Assembly (NCBI RefSeq): GCF_036365525.1
Contig: NC_090416.1
Coordinates: 14,421,591 to 14,482,944 of the forward strand
Direction: 5' to 3'
Origin: Heterodontus francisci
Taxonomy: Eukaryota
Length of the DNA stretch: 61,354 nt
Shown here: positions 35,832 to 49,160 of the stretch, piece by piece
How the letters are laid out: each line of letters begins with the position of its first letter
Numbering within the stretch: position 1 is the first letter of the stretch
Position numbers and translations under genes: made by a program
Notes under the pieces: model-generated
What the model was told of the DNA's origin: nothing
Databases searched by the model: none
Seen by the model: only the letters and a program-made list of their open reading frames with translations

Positions 35832-38800
35832 AATCCCTCAGCTTGCAAAACTTTTCCTGACACGTTTTGTTTCTCAATGTTTGTGCGCGTGTGCGCGCAC
35901 ACATACAAGAAAACCAAACACAGCTCTGGGTCAAGCTGTTGGTCACTGCCACACCTCACACAGACGTTCATTTTCTGATTGCACAAGAACTTATTTGGGA
36001 GCTCAACACCAGGAAACCTCCGAACACTAGCAGGTACAATTTTTCCCCAGACCTTCACACAGAAAAAGGGGTCAGCCTTTCCTTAAAATCTGGAATCTAC
36101 AATTCCTGTTCTTGCGGAAGAAAATCCAGGGAGCCGGAACTCAGTTGGGGTTGTAGTTTTTGCGTGGGTTGGGGTGGAGGGAAGGGAGGGTGGAATTTAA
36201 CCGCTTCACTGTTGCCAGTGTTTTGTTTTACGATAGAAGCTCGGAGCTCTGGGAGGGAAGGCCGACAAAGTGGTGCCAATCCTCCAGTTAACATGTCCAC
36301 ACATCTAGACGCCATGAAATTCCACCACTTGTTGTTATGTGCGCATTCGTGTTTCCTTTTAAACTCTTTTAAAAAGCAGAGGCTGCTTACCTCAATTACA
36401 GAGAAGGAACGAACAGCACAGAATCTTCTGGTGGATAATTTTAAAATATGAGAACCCTCCAAAGTGTAACATGAAATCAGTTATTCATCAGGTAAAGGGA
36501 GCATTTTAGGTTTGTTTGGGGGGGTGGGGAAGGGGGGGGGGCGGGAGAAGAGAGAGAGTTCAACAATAGAAACCGTTAAAAATTGTTTTGGTAATAGAGT
36601 TCGGTATTCTCGAGTACTAATTCCTTTGCCCATATTCCCAGAGACTGATCTGTATGTGACGGCTGTAGATTCCCCTCTGAAGGCAGGTAGGAAAAGGGCT
36701 TTTTTGCTCCTTGTCTACCTTTCTGCAGAGGTTTAGGAGGCTCTAAAGACCTGCATTTGTATCGCACCTTCTAGCATTGCTCAAAAATGTTTTGAATTGC
36801 TCTGAAGCACAGTGACTTGTTATGGAGGCAAAGTTTAACGAACAAGATATAGTGCTGATTGCTAGCTGTTCCTCTTCGTGTTAACGCTGTCTTTAACCTT
36901 GGTGACTTCGGGGGGGTGGGGGGTGGGGTGCGGGAGCAGTCCCCATCAGTTTCAAAATTTTAATTTTGAAAGAGTGCGTAGGAGACGAGGAGAGTTGAAA
37001 TGTCATCATCTGCACCCAACTGCCATCCCTTCCCCACGCCCAAAATATTCTATTTTGAGTTCTTGGGTTTATTTTGAGACTTCAGTTGCTTTTAACCTGT
37101 CCACATGTTAGAAGCATTAATTTGTGTCATCGTTTGGATTTTTGTCAACTAGGCCTGGACATAGTCAAGACCTCTCCCACTTCTTAATGCCCTTTTTTTA
37201 ACCCCCCCACAAATATTTCCACGATAGTTTATTTCTAATTCAATTGGGGCCATGCGTTTCAGAAGGGTATAGTTTATTTCTAATAAACTATGAGGTATAA
37301 AGAATATGAAAAGAGCACCATTTTTTTCATATCCCTATGATACTTCTCCCAGGTGTTACTCTCAGCCGTGTCCAGGAAATTAAATCTTTCATTCCTGGAG
37401 ACTCCCGAAGGATTGGCAAATCCTAGTTGGTCTGGGAAAGCAGGTCTTTGCAGAACCCGCAAAACAGCTGATTTTGCCGTTTTGGGTGTTTTGACTCCCT
37501 TGATCCTGATTAAAATGGGGTTTTTCCCAAAGGGAATAACTGCCGCATCATTGTGAGCATGTCCAAGGAATTTAAAATCCAGGTTCGAAGACCTGAAGTT
37601 TGAATTCCTTTTGTCAATGTCACTTGTACTTAAAAAAAAAAAAATCAAGTTGTTTCATTGTTGACGTATGTCCCCGATCTGGGAAGCGTTGGCATTCAGT
37701 AGTTACCTCATCCTTTTGAATTGTAGACTTGGCATTTACCTTCAAATCATCGGGTAACGTTAAGTCTGATGTGGGACTGAAGCCACCTAGAGATGTCTGG
37801 AGGTTGGATAAGGGACAAGATCCAGCTTAACTGTGATGCCTCACTTGATGGAACAGTCTGCTAAAGATTCAACGTCTGGGCTTGGGCACGAGGTACCTGG
37901 AAGTGAGTGAAAACAAAAGAGCAGCGTTAGTGAGAATTATCTGTTTGCCACCCTCTGCCCCCTGGACCCCAAAATCTGTTCTTAGCTAAAGCTGGTTTGT
38001 AAAATTCAAACCAAACAGCAGCAGATGAGTTGAGTGAGGAAAAGACTAACATTTATAAAGCGCTTTATTGTGCCTGAGAAATGACCCAAAGCACTTCCTG
38101 CACAATAAATTACCTTGCCTACATAACAACTGCACTTCAAACACACCTTGTTTGGTTTGGTGTCATTTCATTTAAATTGTAGAAGGTGATTACATTTTTT
38201 AATAGATTTTTTGTCTAATGAACCTTCCTGTGGACAGGTTTGCTTTTCTCATTTACAGCGCAGCATTAGCTGTACGATCAGGGTCTCGCATAAATTCCTC
38301 GGCCCTTTTTTATATTTAAAAAAAAAAATTGTATTTTTTAAATCATTTTTATTGTCGTCTGCGGTTGTGCCTCATAGTTATTTTACAACTGAATACTCAG
38401 TTTACGGAATTGTTAGATGAAAGCGCCATTTAAAATGGTGCCTTCTCTCCATCAGATGTGCATTTAGTATCTTCCTGTGATTTAATTTTCCGCTGAGATT
38501 GGGGAATCTTGACGTGGGGGAATTTGTGATGCTCTGTCAAAGAGCACAGTGGATCATTTGAAATGGCCGTCAGGGCTTTCACAATGGCCATTGGCCCATT
38601 CGGCATCAGTAAACCCAATGAAATGGCTGTAACGTTGCTCAGAATGGCTGCCTATACAAGTGACTGGTTAAGGTAAAAATGCTAGCACACCATTTCATCC
38701 TCTGCTACTGCTGCTTTGATGTTGACCCAGTATTTGAAGCCACAAGAGAAGCATCTCCATTTGGAGGTGTCACCCAATTGCTGAAAACCAGGTGTGAAGC

Positions 38801-40007
38801 TGGCCACAACTATGTATATGTTTTAAATTGCACCAAGCACTGGACTTTTTCTATACGATTATTAAATTGCCAAGCAATTCCCAAAACAAGACTGTCTGGT
38901 TCAGCTCTGGCTTGTGGTCACCCGATTCTCCACTCATTCACTTTTGGCAGTCTGCTCCCTCCTTCCCCATTCGAAAATGAAACATCATCGAGCACGCGCT
39001 ATCTCATCCATTGTCACTCTAAACACTCTCCTTCTCCTCCTCCTCTTGCACAGTGGGACTATGTAACTCGTAGTAAAGTGGGGTTCCGACTTGTGTAATT
39101 ATGCTTTCCAGTTTTTGGCTATTAGTACTTAACCAATCAGTGATGCTACAAGAGTCGTGTTAAAAACTTTCAGGAAAATGAACTCCATTTGCTTTCTGTA
39201 ACTTTTCTTTTAAAAATTATATCTCTAGAAAATGGCAGCAATTTCTTTTACATTTTCCCTCTCCCCGCCACTCCCCTCCCTTGCCTCACTCATTCACCAC
39301 TGCTTCAACAAAAAGAGCAGAGACGATCTTGAATCTTAACGCACTCTAAGAATTAGATGTTGAAAGGGATCAGTCTTTGTAAAGGTATGAATAATGGATC
39401 AGTGTGATGGGTCTCAGTGTAGCTCGAGAAAACAGAGTTGCCTCCTTTTTACTCTGCTCAGACTGGGCCAGGACAAGATGGGGAAATGGAAGGGAAGGGA
39501 ATGAGGAAAGGAGCCTGTGCGCCAATATAAAGATGGGTGGGTGGATGAGGGGAGCTGAGCCTACATTCATGTGTCTGTTTTGCAGCTTCAGAGAATTTAA
39601 CCTATTGCTCCCACATTATGGGACATGGAAGCACAGTGAGATTTGGGGTGGGGGGGGGGCTTGGAGAAATGAGCTATCATAGATTTTGGGAATGTTTGAG
39701 AAATTTGCAGGTAGCCAACTCAATTGGGGCCATGCGTTTCAGAAGGGTATAAGTGACCACCTTAATGCAATTAAGGCCAAATTATTATTTATTGTTGTTT
39801 GCTTCCTCTACTAGTCCATTGGAGAGCTGTTCTGAGGTTGAGGCAGTATGGAAGGAGCTCTACTTTGCATCCAGTCCTTGTGTCCTTGGCTGTGTGTTGG
39901 CTTCAAGCCAGCCTATTAGTGTTGATACTGGTACAGCTCGATTCATATTACTGTCAGAAGGAAGAGGCTGGCTCGAACAGTTGTAGCTATTCCTGTGGCC
40001 TTTTCGC

Positions 40008-40228
40008 GCTCTCTCACTCTCTTTCTCCCCCCCCCCCCCCCCCCCCCGTCTCTCTCTTTCTTCCCCTCTTTCCCTTTCTTCTCTTTCTCCCTCTTTCGCT
40101 TTTCCCCCTCTCACTCATTTTCATGCTCTTTCACTCTTATTTCTCTCTCCCACTGTTTTATTTTTCACACTCTTAGTCTATCTCTTTATTTTACTCTTTC
40201 TATTCTATTTTCTCAATCTCTCTCTCAC
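40008..40228. repeat. CT-rich low-complexity tract with poly-C
   Basis: (CT)n-like degenerate repeats and a long C run. Confidence 0.8.
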
Positions 40229-43123
40229 CATGGAATCCCAAATTTCACGGCTCTAGGATGATACTTCAGCAGGTCTTTCTCTCGGTTGCCTCTGTTTACC
40301 ATTTGCCATCTTCTGTAGATCTGCAGGACCAGTCGTCTCTCCTGGCTGAAAGGACCATCCTTTCCTCGATTCTCGGTTCCCTAGTGCTAGGGGCCTGTCT
40401 TGGGGGCTGTTGGCTGTGCTGCTTCCAAGCCTTTGAATGTCTGGATTGTTTCTTCTGACAGCACTGGTCCAGGTGAAGCAATACTGGGAACCGGCATGGG
40501 TGATCCAGCAATGATTGAGAGCCTTGTAAAGTACCCTCTGTATATCCATCACCCAGTAAAGACTGAGCAGTATAGAATCATAGAGCGATACAGCACAGAA
40601 GGAGGCTATTCATCCCATTGTGCCTGTGCTTGTATAATTCATATATCTTATTATTTACAACATGATTTTAATTTCTCAGCAGTAGCTCTTTATCAAACTG
40701 TGAAGCCCTTATTATATTCTCTCTGTGGAGAGCAGTTTTATTTTACATTCTGCAAGCTGTGAGTAGCCCCAGTGCTAAACAGCCTAATTTTGTGTGATTT
40801 TATTTACATTCCTGTCAGTATTTTTCTATCCAACACGCACTGGTTGGACTGCTTGCAATCCTACTAGACTTTTCCCATTGTTGCTGTGTGAATCTCAGTG
40901 GTCAGTATCAGCAGGCATTTTGCCCACCAAGAGCATCACACAGGTCCTGGACCGATATTTGCCCCCAACCTTCACCACTTGTACACCTCCAGCAGAAGTT
41001 TACTGGATGGTTGTCAGGAATGGGAGCCCTGGACAATTCTTCTCTCCCCACAGCCACAGTTACAGGCAGTGCTGGCCCAGCCAAGACCAGCTCATTCAGC
41101 ACAGCCCATGGAGCATACCTGGGATCTTCCTGGCCTGTATGATTCAGCTGCTCACTGGATAAATCTGATACAGCGTGAGTGGGTGCGGGGAGATCTGTCG
41201 TGGTTAGAGGTCCCAATATTCAAGAGTGGAGCTGGAGATAAAACAGCCTGTCCCCAATTGTAGGGCATTCCTCAAGAGGTGCAACAGCATCATAGTATAA
41301 AGGTGGCGATACAGATGACACAAATGACTCAGTTGGTAAACGCTACACTTAGCTGATTGCAGACCTCAAGGCACATGATCGAGTTCCTGGACGGTATTGG
41401 GTCTGCTAATTTTAGCCAGTATTGCAGTTCAGACATTACAGTTAGCTTCAGGAGGAGGCCGTTCACTCCACTACCCGTTCTGGTTCTGTAGCCCTTAATA
41501 CCCTTGCGCAACAAAAAATATCCGTGGGTGGGCACAATCGGGATCGGGTGTGATGCTCTCGAAGTGGAATGGCTTGCCAATAGTTAATAACCCCTCCCCC
41601 ACAGCAAAAAAACCAGCACCTGCAGCAACCAGTTGTGCTGCCGCTATAGGATGCCTGTGTTGTCCTGGACTTATTCACTGTCTTAGTAGCAACAGAGATT
41701 AGGAAAACTTTCACTTGAGTCAGTACACTTCCAAGTTTGTACAATACTTCGAAGCTCTTAATTCATAAGGTCAGACTGCTGTCACTGCTGCTGAGTTCAC
41801 ATGCAGCCTCCAGCGGTCCACTGGTTTAATGTGACCCGTGCTTGCCTTGAAAAAAATCTACAATAGTTGCATTGGTTGTTTGCAGCTCCTGCAGCAACTG
41901 GGTGGCCTGTAATGTTTTCAGAACTGTCCTGTTGGCTTTTCTGTGCTGGCTTGGAAGGGGAAGTTGATGCTGGGGAGGGAAGCGACAGTACGGTGGGACA
42001 ACAGCATCTGAGGAAGGGAAGGGAAAGGCTCAAAGCAGGTCCAATGCTTGTAGAGCTGTGTCGAAAGTGAGTAGTGAGTGGGCAATGAAGGGGTTTTAAG
42101 AAAACTGGGGACAAGCTGATGACCGGAGAGGATGACATGTTCTCGGATCGCAGAAGGGGATAGACACCTAACTGGCAATCTCTCACAATCTAACCATGAT
42201 CATGTTTGACACTTGGAAATTCAGTTTTTAAGTGCAGTGGTGGTGGGTGAGGACTTTCAACAGATGCAACGTTAATGAGTGAGCTCTGTCGCAATAAAAA
42301 GCTGAATAGTTCCAGCATGGGACTGTTCTGGCAGCAGAGAGCTTTTGGCAGAGGATGTAAAAGGGGCCCAGAAACAGTGTCCAAACTTGTGCTGGGACAC
42401 ACACGGTGTGCCCCTCCTAAGATTGTGGATAGTTGATAGGTTTGTTTCTTTTCTCCATCCGGCAGTAAAATTCAACTTTTTGCCCCCGTCTTACAAAGAT
42501 CTGGTTTCAGTGTTCTGTAATCACCTGTGATGAGTGACAGTGACTGCTGATTTTTTAAAATCTAGTGACGGATCAGTGAATTGAAGTGCACCTACCCTAA
42601 TCCTGTCGGGGGGGGAGGGGGGGAGTGGAGGATGCACGCATGCATTCTCTCAGCTGCTCCCTCCTTCGTTCCCATATTACCACCCCCATTCCACACACAC
42701 TTCGAGCAGCCAGTGTTCGTAGCTCAAGCAGTGGACTTGTCCTGTGATTGCATCCCCTGTGTGTCTCGATGATTTGTCTAGCGTGATTTGTCCTGCTTTA
42801 ACTGAACACCATCGTCCCAGAAAAGGTTTGTATGTTTGTGTGTGTATCTTTTATTATTATTTCCCCAGACTTCATCCTGGCTCTTGTGTTTACGAGTTGG
42901 AAAATTTTCAGTTAGCATTGGCGACTTTTTTTTTTAAAAGATCATCGATGACCCGTTTGGGAAATGAATTCTCATTGCCCTCGGCTGTGGGGAAGCCTCG
43001 AATTGTACCTGGTGCGCCTTTAGTACAATGTACTGTAACAGACTTTAATTATCTTGTGTACAGGGTTCCTTTAGAACTAGCTGTGTTCTTTTTAGAACCT
43101 CTACAAAATTATACAGATTGTTA

Positions 43124-43230
43124 AATAAATCTTGTATATACATTTTTGTACCATTATTAAGGGCAGACCTTTCCTAATAAAATACAAAAAATGAACTGCT
43201 TTATTGCATATGCCTGCTGTTTTTAATAAA
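43124..43230 (+). terminator. Cluster of polyadenylation signals
   Basis: AATAAA at 43124-43129, 43176-43181 and 43225-43230; Pumilio-type TGTATATA at 43133-43140. Confidence 0.6.
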
Positions 43231-43545
43231 AAATGTGGATATTATCTTGCTGAGCTACACTTCCTGCAGGTGCCCTCCAGTGCCAGCTTCATGTCGTGAC
43301 ACCACTATATCTGGCCAGACAGTTGGATAGTGCTCCCGCCAATCATGTATGGAGACTGCACTGCTGTAAGTCACTGCGATTGATTTGATTATACTTTGAT
43401 TACAAATAATTTGTATTGTGTAAGTGTCCTGCTCTGACTGCATCCTGCCGGAGAAATCGCCCAGCTTTTATCGGGAGAAGTTGTTACTGTTTGTTCTGTT
43501 TTCTGTAATTGGTAGAAACTCTCTCTTTTTTGAAAAAAAGACTCT

Positions 43546-45298
43546 AGATTCTCTCTACACCTCCATCCCTCACCTGGACGGTTTGAGGGCTCTCCGCTTC
43601 TTCCTTGAACAGAGGCCCAGCCAGTCCGCATCCGCCACCACCCTCCTCCTCCTGGCTGAACTTGTTCTCTCATTGAACAACTTCTCCTTCAACTCCATTC
43701 ACTTCCTTCAAGTTAAAGGTGTTGCTATGGGTACCCGCATGGGTCCTAGTTATGCCTGTCTTTTTGTGGGATATGTCGAACATTGCTTGTTCCAGTCCTA
43801 CTCAGGTCCCCTTCTCCAACTCTTTTTCCAGTACATTGATGACTGTATCGGTGCCGTTTCCTGCTCCCGCCCCAAACTGGGAAACTTTATCAACTTTGCT
43901 TCCAATTTCCAACCTTCTCTCACCTTTACATGGTCTATCTCTGACACTTCCCTTCCCTTCCTCGACTTCTCTGTCTCCATCTCTGGTGATAGGCTGTCCA
44001 CTGATATTACAAGTCCACCATCTCCCACAGCTACCTCGACTGCATTTCTTTGTACCCTGCCTCCTGTAAGGACTCCATTCCATTCTCCCATTTTCTCCAT
44101 CTCCAACGCATCTGCTCTGATGCTACCTTCCATGACAGAGCTTCTGATATGTCTTCCTCTTTCCTCAACCGAGGGTTCCCCACTTTGTGGTTGACAGGGC
44201 CCTCAACCGTGTCTGGCCCATTTCCTGCACCTCTACCCTCACCCCTTCCCCTCCCTCTCAGAACCGTGACAGGGTTCCCATTGTCCTCACTTTCCACCCC
44301 ACCAGCCTCCACATCCAGAAGATCATCCTCCGCCATTTCCGCCACCTCCAGCATGATGCCACCACCAAACACATCTTCCCCTCCCCTCCCCTGTCAGCAT
44401 TCCGAAGGGATATTTTCCTCTACAACACCCTGGTCCACTCCTCCATTACTCCCAACACCTCATCCCCTTCCCATGGCACTTTCCCATGCAACCGCACGAG
44501 GTGTAATACCTGCCCTTTACCTCCTCTGTCCTTACTATCCAAGGCCCCAAACACTCCTTTCAGGTGAAGCAGCGATGTACTTGTATTTCTTTCAATTTAG
44601 TATACTGTATTCGCTGCTCACAATGTGGTCTCCTCTACATTGGGGAGACCAAGCGCAGATTGGGTAACCGCTAAGCTGAACACCTGTTCAGTCTGAAAGC
44701 ATGACCCCGAGCCTCCGGTTACTTGCCGTTTCAACACCCCCCGCCTCGATCTGATGCCAACATGTGTGTCTTTGGATGTGGAGGCTGGTGGGGTGGAAAG
44801 TAAGGACAAGGGGAAACCCTTTCGCGGTTCCAGTGAACATCAACACAAGCTCGAGGAGCAGCACCTGATCTTTCGATTAGGCACTGTACAGCTTAACGGA
44901 CTGAACATTAAGTTCAATAACTTCAGAGCATGACTGGCCTTTCTTTAATATTTTATTTTTTAATAATGTGCCTGCTTTTCATGTAGACAGAGCTGCTCAT
45001 TATTCCACCATTAACACGCTCTCTGGACTAATGCTTTGTCTTTCAGCACAAGCATTAACACACTCTTTGCCTTTGTCCCAGGACAGCTTTGTTATGTAAT
45101 CTCCCTCTGCCCTATCAAACTCTTTCCCCTTTGTTCTCTCCCCCACCCTCCTCCCCTTCACTTGCTTAAAACCTAATTCTTTTCTAACCTTTGCCAGACT
45201 GATGAAAGGTCAGAGACCCGAAACATTAACTCTGCTTCTCTCTCCACAGATGCTGCCAGACCTGCTGAGTTTTTCCAGCACTTTCTGTTTTTGTTTCG
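43546..45298 (+). mobile_element. 5'-truncated Penelope-like retroelement (RT + GIY-YIG endonuclease + terminal repeat), frameshifted
   Basis: SLYTSIP..NNFSFNSIHFLQVKGVAMGTRMGPSYACLF..QYIDD (PLE RT); NLVYCIRCSQCGLLYIGETKRRLG near 44593-44665 (GIY-YIG); possible TSD GACTCT at 43540-43545 and 45299-45304. Confidence 0.92.
45195..45235 (+). ncRNA. Hammerhead ribozyme motif in the Penelope terminal repeat
   Basis: CTGATGA-AA-GGTC/AGA/GACC-C-GAAAC-ATT-AACT at 45199-45231; stem I is degraded. Confidence 0.55.
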
Positions 45299-45544
45299 GA
45301 CTCTGTAGACTGTTGGTTTGCTGTTAACCGCTGTTTAAACAGACTTTCTTTGAGTCCTGCTGTGGGTACTGCCCCGCCTTCAGACTGTTGGCTGACTTCG
45401 CTCCTTTTCCTCCTCGGCTCGGGAGCTGAACCTAAGGTTGCCAGCCGTAGTTGGAGTTATTCCTGGACGTTTTGCTGCCTGACGTCTGATCACTTGCCCG
45501 AAGTTTGCAAATGTTACTGTAGTTACCTTATAAAGATTGAGACC

Positions 45545-45850
45545 CCTGTAATTGTAATGTAGGAAATGTGACACCCAATTTGCGCGCGTCAAGTTCCCAC
45601 ATACATCAGTTTGATAATGACCAGATCATTTGTTTTTAGTGATGTTGGTTGAGGGATAAATATTATTAGCCCCAGGACACCAGGGGAGAACTCCCCCTGC
45701 CCTGCTTTTCTTCAAAGAGTGCAGTGGGATCTTTTACATCCACCCGAAACGGCAGACCGGGCCTCGGTTTAACGTCTCATCCAACAGGCAGCACAGCACT
45801 GGATTGTCAGCCTGGATATTATGCTCAGGTCTTCGGAGTGGGGCTTGAGC
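45545..45850 (-). mobile_element. Deu-domain SINE
   Basis: Reverse complement contains GAGACGTTAAACCGAGGCCC..GTGGATGTAAAAGATCCC..GTGTCCTGGG..TATTTATCCCTCAACCAACATCACTAAAA. Confidence 0.8.
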
Positions 45851-46642
45851 CCATCTGCACTGGAAGAAAGAGTGCTGCCGACAAACAAGATAACTGTTGA
45901 GCGAGAATGGGATTGAGCTTGCCTGGGATATCTTGAGTGGTTAAATACTCCATTGAGAACCAGCATGGAACATCATGCCTTGTATGGAATACCCCACACG
46001 CTGTGGAGGCAAGTGGGCAGGGAACAGAAAAGTAGCTCAAGAAGAGCAAAGTCGATAATCATGCTAGCTATTTAGCTTCTTTACTACAGCAAAGTTCTTC
46101 GGCATGTGGGAGAAAAAAATTTATTTCAGAAATATTGGAAAAGGGAAAATAGTTCTGAATGAGCAAATGCATTTGCTTGCCCCGGAAGGCGATTTATTCG
46201 CACGGCTGGTGAGAAGGTGGTGATTTGTGCTGGACATTCAGACTTCTGGTGGTTTCCTGCCATGCCATGTTGATTTTCACAGTTATGGGTTACAAGCTCC
46301 ACTTTAACTTGCAAAAGGTAACCTGATCGGCTGAGTAGGTCCTGCTGTTTTATGATCAGCACCAGCACAAATCCCTTCAACCCATTTGTAACGCCCTCCC
46401 CGATTTGAGTGTATTGACCAATTAAACCACCAATCATTTCTGTATCTCCTGTACAGGCCTTCAGTTGCCCTCAGCCCCCTCCCTGTTGAAGTCAATTTCA
46501 AAACTAGAAATTCCTCCTAGTTGTAGTGGGTTGCCTACGGGATAAATGGAACACCAGGAGGAATTTATTCAATAGTGAAGATTGGGACGGGAGGAGTTGA
46601 ATTAATGAAACGCACTCCTCCGTGAAGAGTTCCCTATCTGGT

Positions 46643-46960
<318 letters not shown>

Positions 46961-49085
46961 CTAGAGCAAATTAAAATCTCCCAGTGATTTGTTTGGTAAG
47001 ACTTTTTCATACCTGTCTCCCTTTCTAACATAATAAAGATGTTGTTTCTGCACATAATTTCTGTCTACAAAACCATACTTATTATCAACACTTCCTGCTG
47101 TTTAATTGTGATCCTGACCCTTCCCCAACCCCTCCCTGTGCCCCAGAAAAGTACACATGTGTGTGCATGTCAGGTGGGGGCACGGAATCGTAGACTTGCA
47201 GCACAGGAGGAAGCCATTTGGCCCATCGTGTCTGTGCTGGCCCTTTTGAAAGCACCAAGGTAGTGGAGGTGAAACATTACACCAACGAGAGGGTCAACAT
47301 AACCAACAGTCTGGAGAAGGCAAATCCATAAAATGGCCTCCAATTGAATGATGAGAGCCGGTGCAAACTCGTAAAGAAAGACCCACATTTATGTAGCGCC
47401 TTTCACAAGCTCCAGGACGTTCCCAAATCCCTTTGCAGCCAGTGAAGCACTTTTGCAGTGTAGTCAAGGTTATAATGTATGAAACGTGGCAGCCATTTTG
47501 CGCACAATTTGTGTTAGCAAAGGGAAGGACTGAAATCAGGTAGATCTCCCTCACACAAAGTCATCAAACACTTGGAGCAAAGTTCCAGGGTAATGGAGGC
47601 AAAAATCCTTGGAGTTATTGAAGACATAATTGGATGCTCCACACAGGAAGGATATCGAGGCCTTGGACAGAGAGAAGCTGAGATTGATCTCCTTGGCGCA
47701 CAGAGCTTAAGGTGAGATCTAATATTATTCAAAATTGAGTGGTTTTTGATAAGAGTCGATAGGGAGGAATTGTTTCCACTGTTGGGTAACCAAAGGACAC
47801 AGATTGAAGATAATTGGTAAAAGAACCAGAGAGGGAGATGAGAATTTTTGACGCAGTGAGTTGTTGTGATCTGGAACGCGCTGCCTGAAAGGGCGGTGGA
47901 AGCAGATTCAATAGTAACTTTCAAAAGGGGAATTGGATAAATACTTGAAGGGGAAAAATGTGCAGGGATATGTGGGAGGGGGGGGGGGGCAAATGGATCG
48001 CTATTTCAAAGAGCTAGCACAAACACGATGGGCCAAATGGACAGGAGGCAACCATCGCTGTATCGCAAGTGCTTGGTGGCTGCTCCCTCAGAGGGCAATT
48101 CCCCTTTCGAATACTTTCTTCCCCGGTCTAGCTGAATTAGCAGAGATGAATCATTACGCAGGCTCTTTCGGGGAGAGGGTGTGTGTGTGTGTGTTAAATG
48201 GACTTTCGGCTGCAGTCAGGGATTCCCTTGATCCGACTCTTCAACTTCTTATATAATCTTTTTGCATTTCCATCCGTTCCCTTGCAAACTTTTCATGTTT
48301 TCCTTGTGGCAGTTCGGGATGATCACCAGGGAGACATGGAAAATAAACACAGCTAAATATATAAACGAGCGTCAGGCTGCAACTGGGTGTTCTGTAACCT
48401 GCTTTTAGTGCACGTTAATCCAGGCCGGCAGTGCCAGTACGGAAGGGACACTGCACTTTTGGAGGTGCCGTCTTTCACCAAGGAGCCTCTCAGGTGGATG
48501 TAAAAGATCCCAAGGCACGCTCAGCAATACCAAAAATAGATGATCTGGGTCATTATCACATTGTGGGAGCTTGCTGTGTGCAAATTGGCTGCTGTTACAA
48601 CAGTGATTGCACTTCAGGCCGACTCCATTGGCTGTAAAGTGCTTTGGGACATCCGAAAGGCTGTGTAAAAAAATGCAAGTCTGTTTTCTTAGATCTAAAC
48701 AGAGACAGAAGTAGGAACACAACAGAAATATCCTGTTGGCTCTACTCCCACTCGTTGTTTGAAGATACAATTATACCGAGAAATTCAGACAGCCTAAACC
48801 GGTTTGCATTCATCCCCTCGCTAGCGGGCAGTTCGAAAGAGGCGGGGCGGGGGGGGGGGGGGGGATAAAAAATAAATTAACAAGGGTAATTTTTTTTAAA
48901 AAAGGAAAAGAACGCGACCTTTTTTTTTTGTAACAACGATACAAGGAGGGGGAAATGACTTTGAGTCATTTACAGCATCGAAGGCAACGGAAAAGATTTA
49001 CAAAAGGTATAACCAGCTCCAAAATTGATACACTTCCGATTAATTCCTGCTGTTTTTAATCTGGACGTTTAAAAAAAATACATAC

Positions 49086-49160
49086 CCAGCCGCTTTTGTT
49101 TGCAGAGATGTGTACTCCAGATCCTTGTGCCAACAAGCAGTGTTTTGGTTACCAGTTGCC
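49086..49160 (-). other. Candidate non-coding first exon of the cortexin gene
   Basis: Minus-strand donor CTGG|GTATGT at about 49086 and a TATA-like AATAATAAAT at about 49179-49188 in unique sequence; inference only. Confidence 0.25.

Larger units (their letters stand above)
35832..43250 (+). other. GABPB2: Probable long 3' UTR of GABPB2
   Basis: Poor in young repeats compared with the introns; ends in an AU-rich block with three AATAAA signals. No transcript evidence available. Confidence 0.55.

Noticed and set aside
35561-36058. 165-aa antisense ORF over the last GABPB2 exon
   Set aside because: Shadow of the coding exon; no independent evidence.
35867-36451. 194-aa ORF just after the GABPB2 stop
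   Set aside because: Non-ATG start, crosses simple-sequence runs, no recognisable homology; treated as UTR.
41325-41395. tRNA-like sequence (also 51610-51680 and 49320-49385)
   Set aside because: A/B-box remnants without a cloverleaf; these look like SINE heads.
42527-42550. TGATGA..CTGA, box C/D-like
   Set aside because: Boxes are too close together and there is no terminal stem or intronic context.
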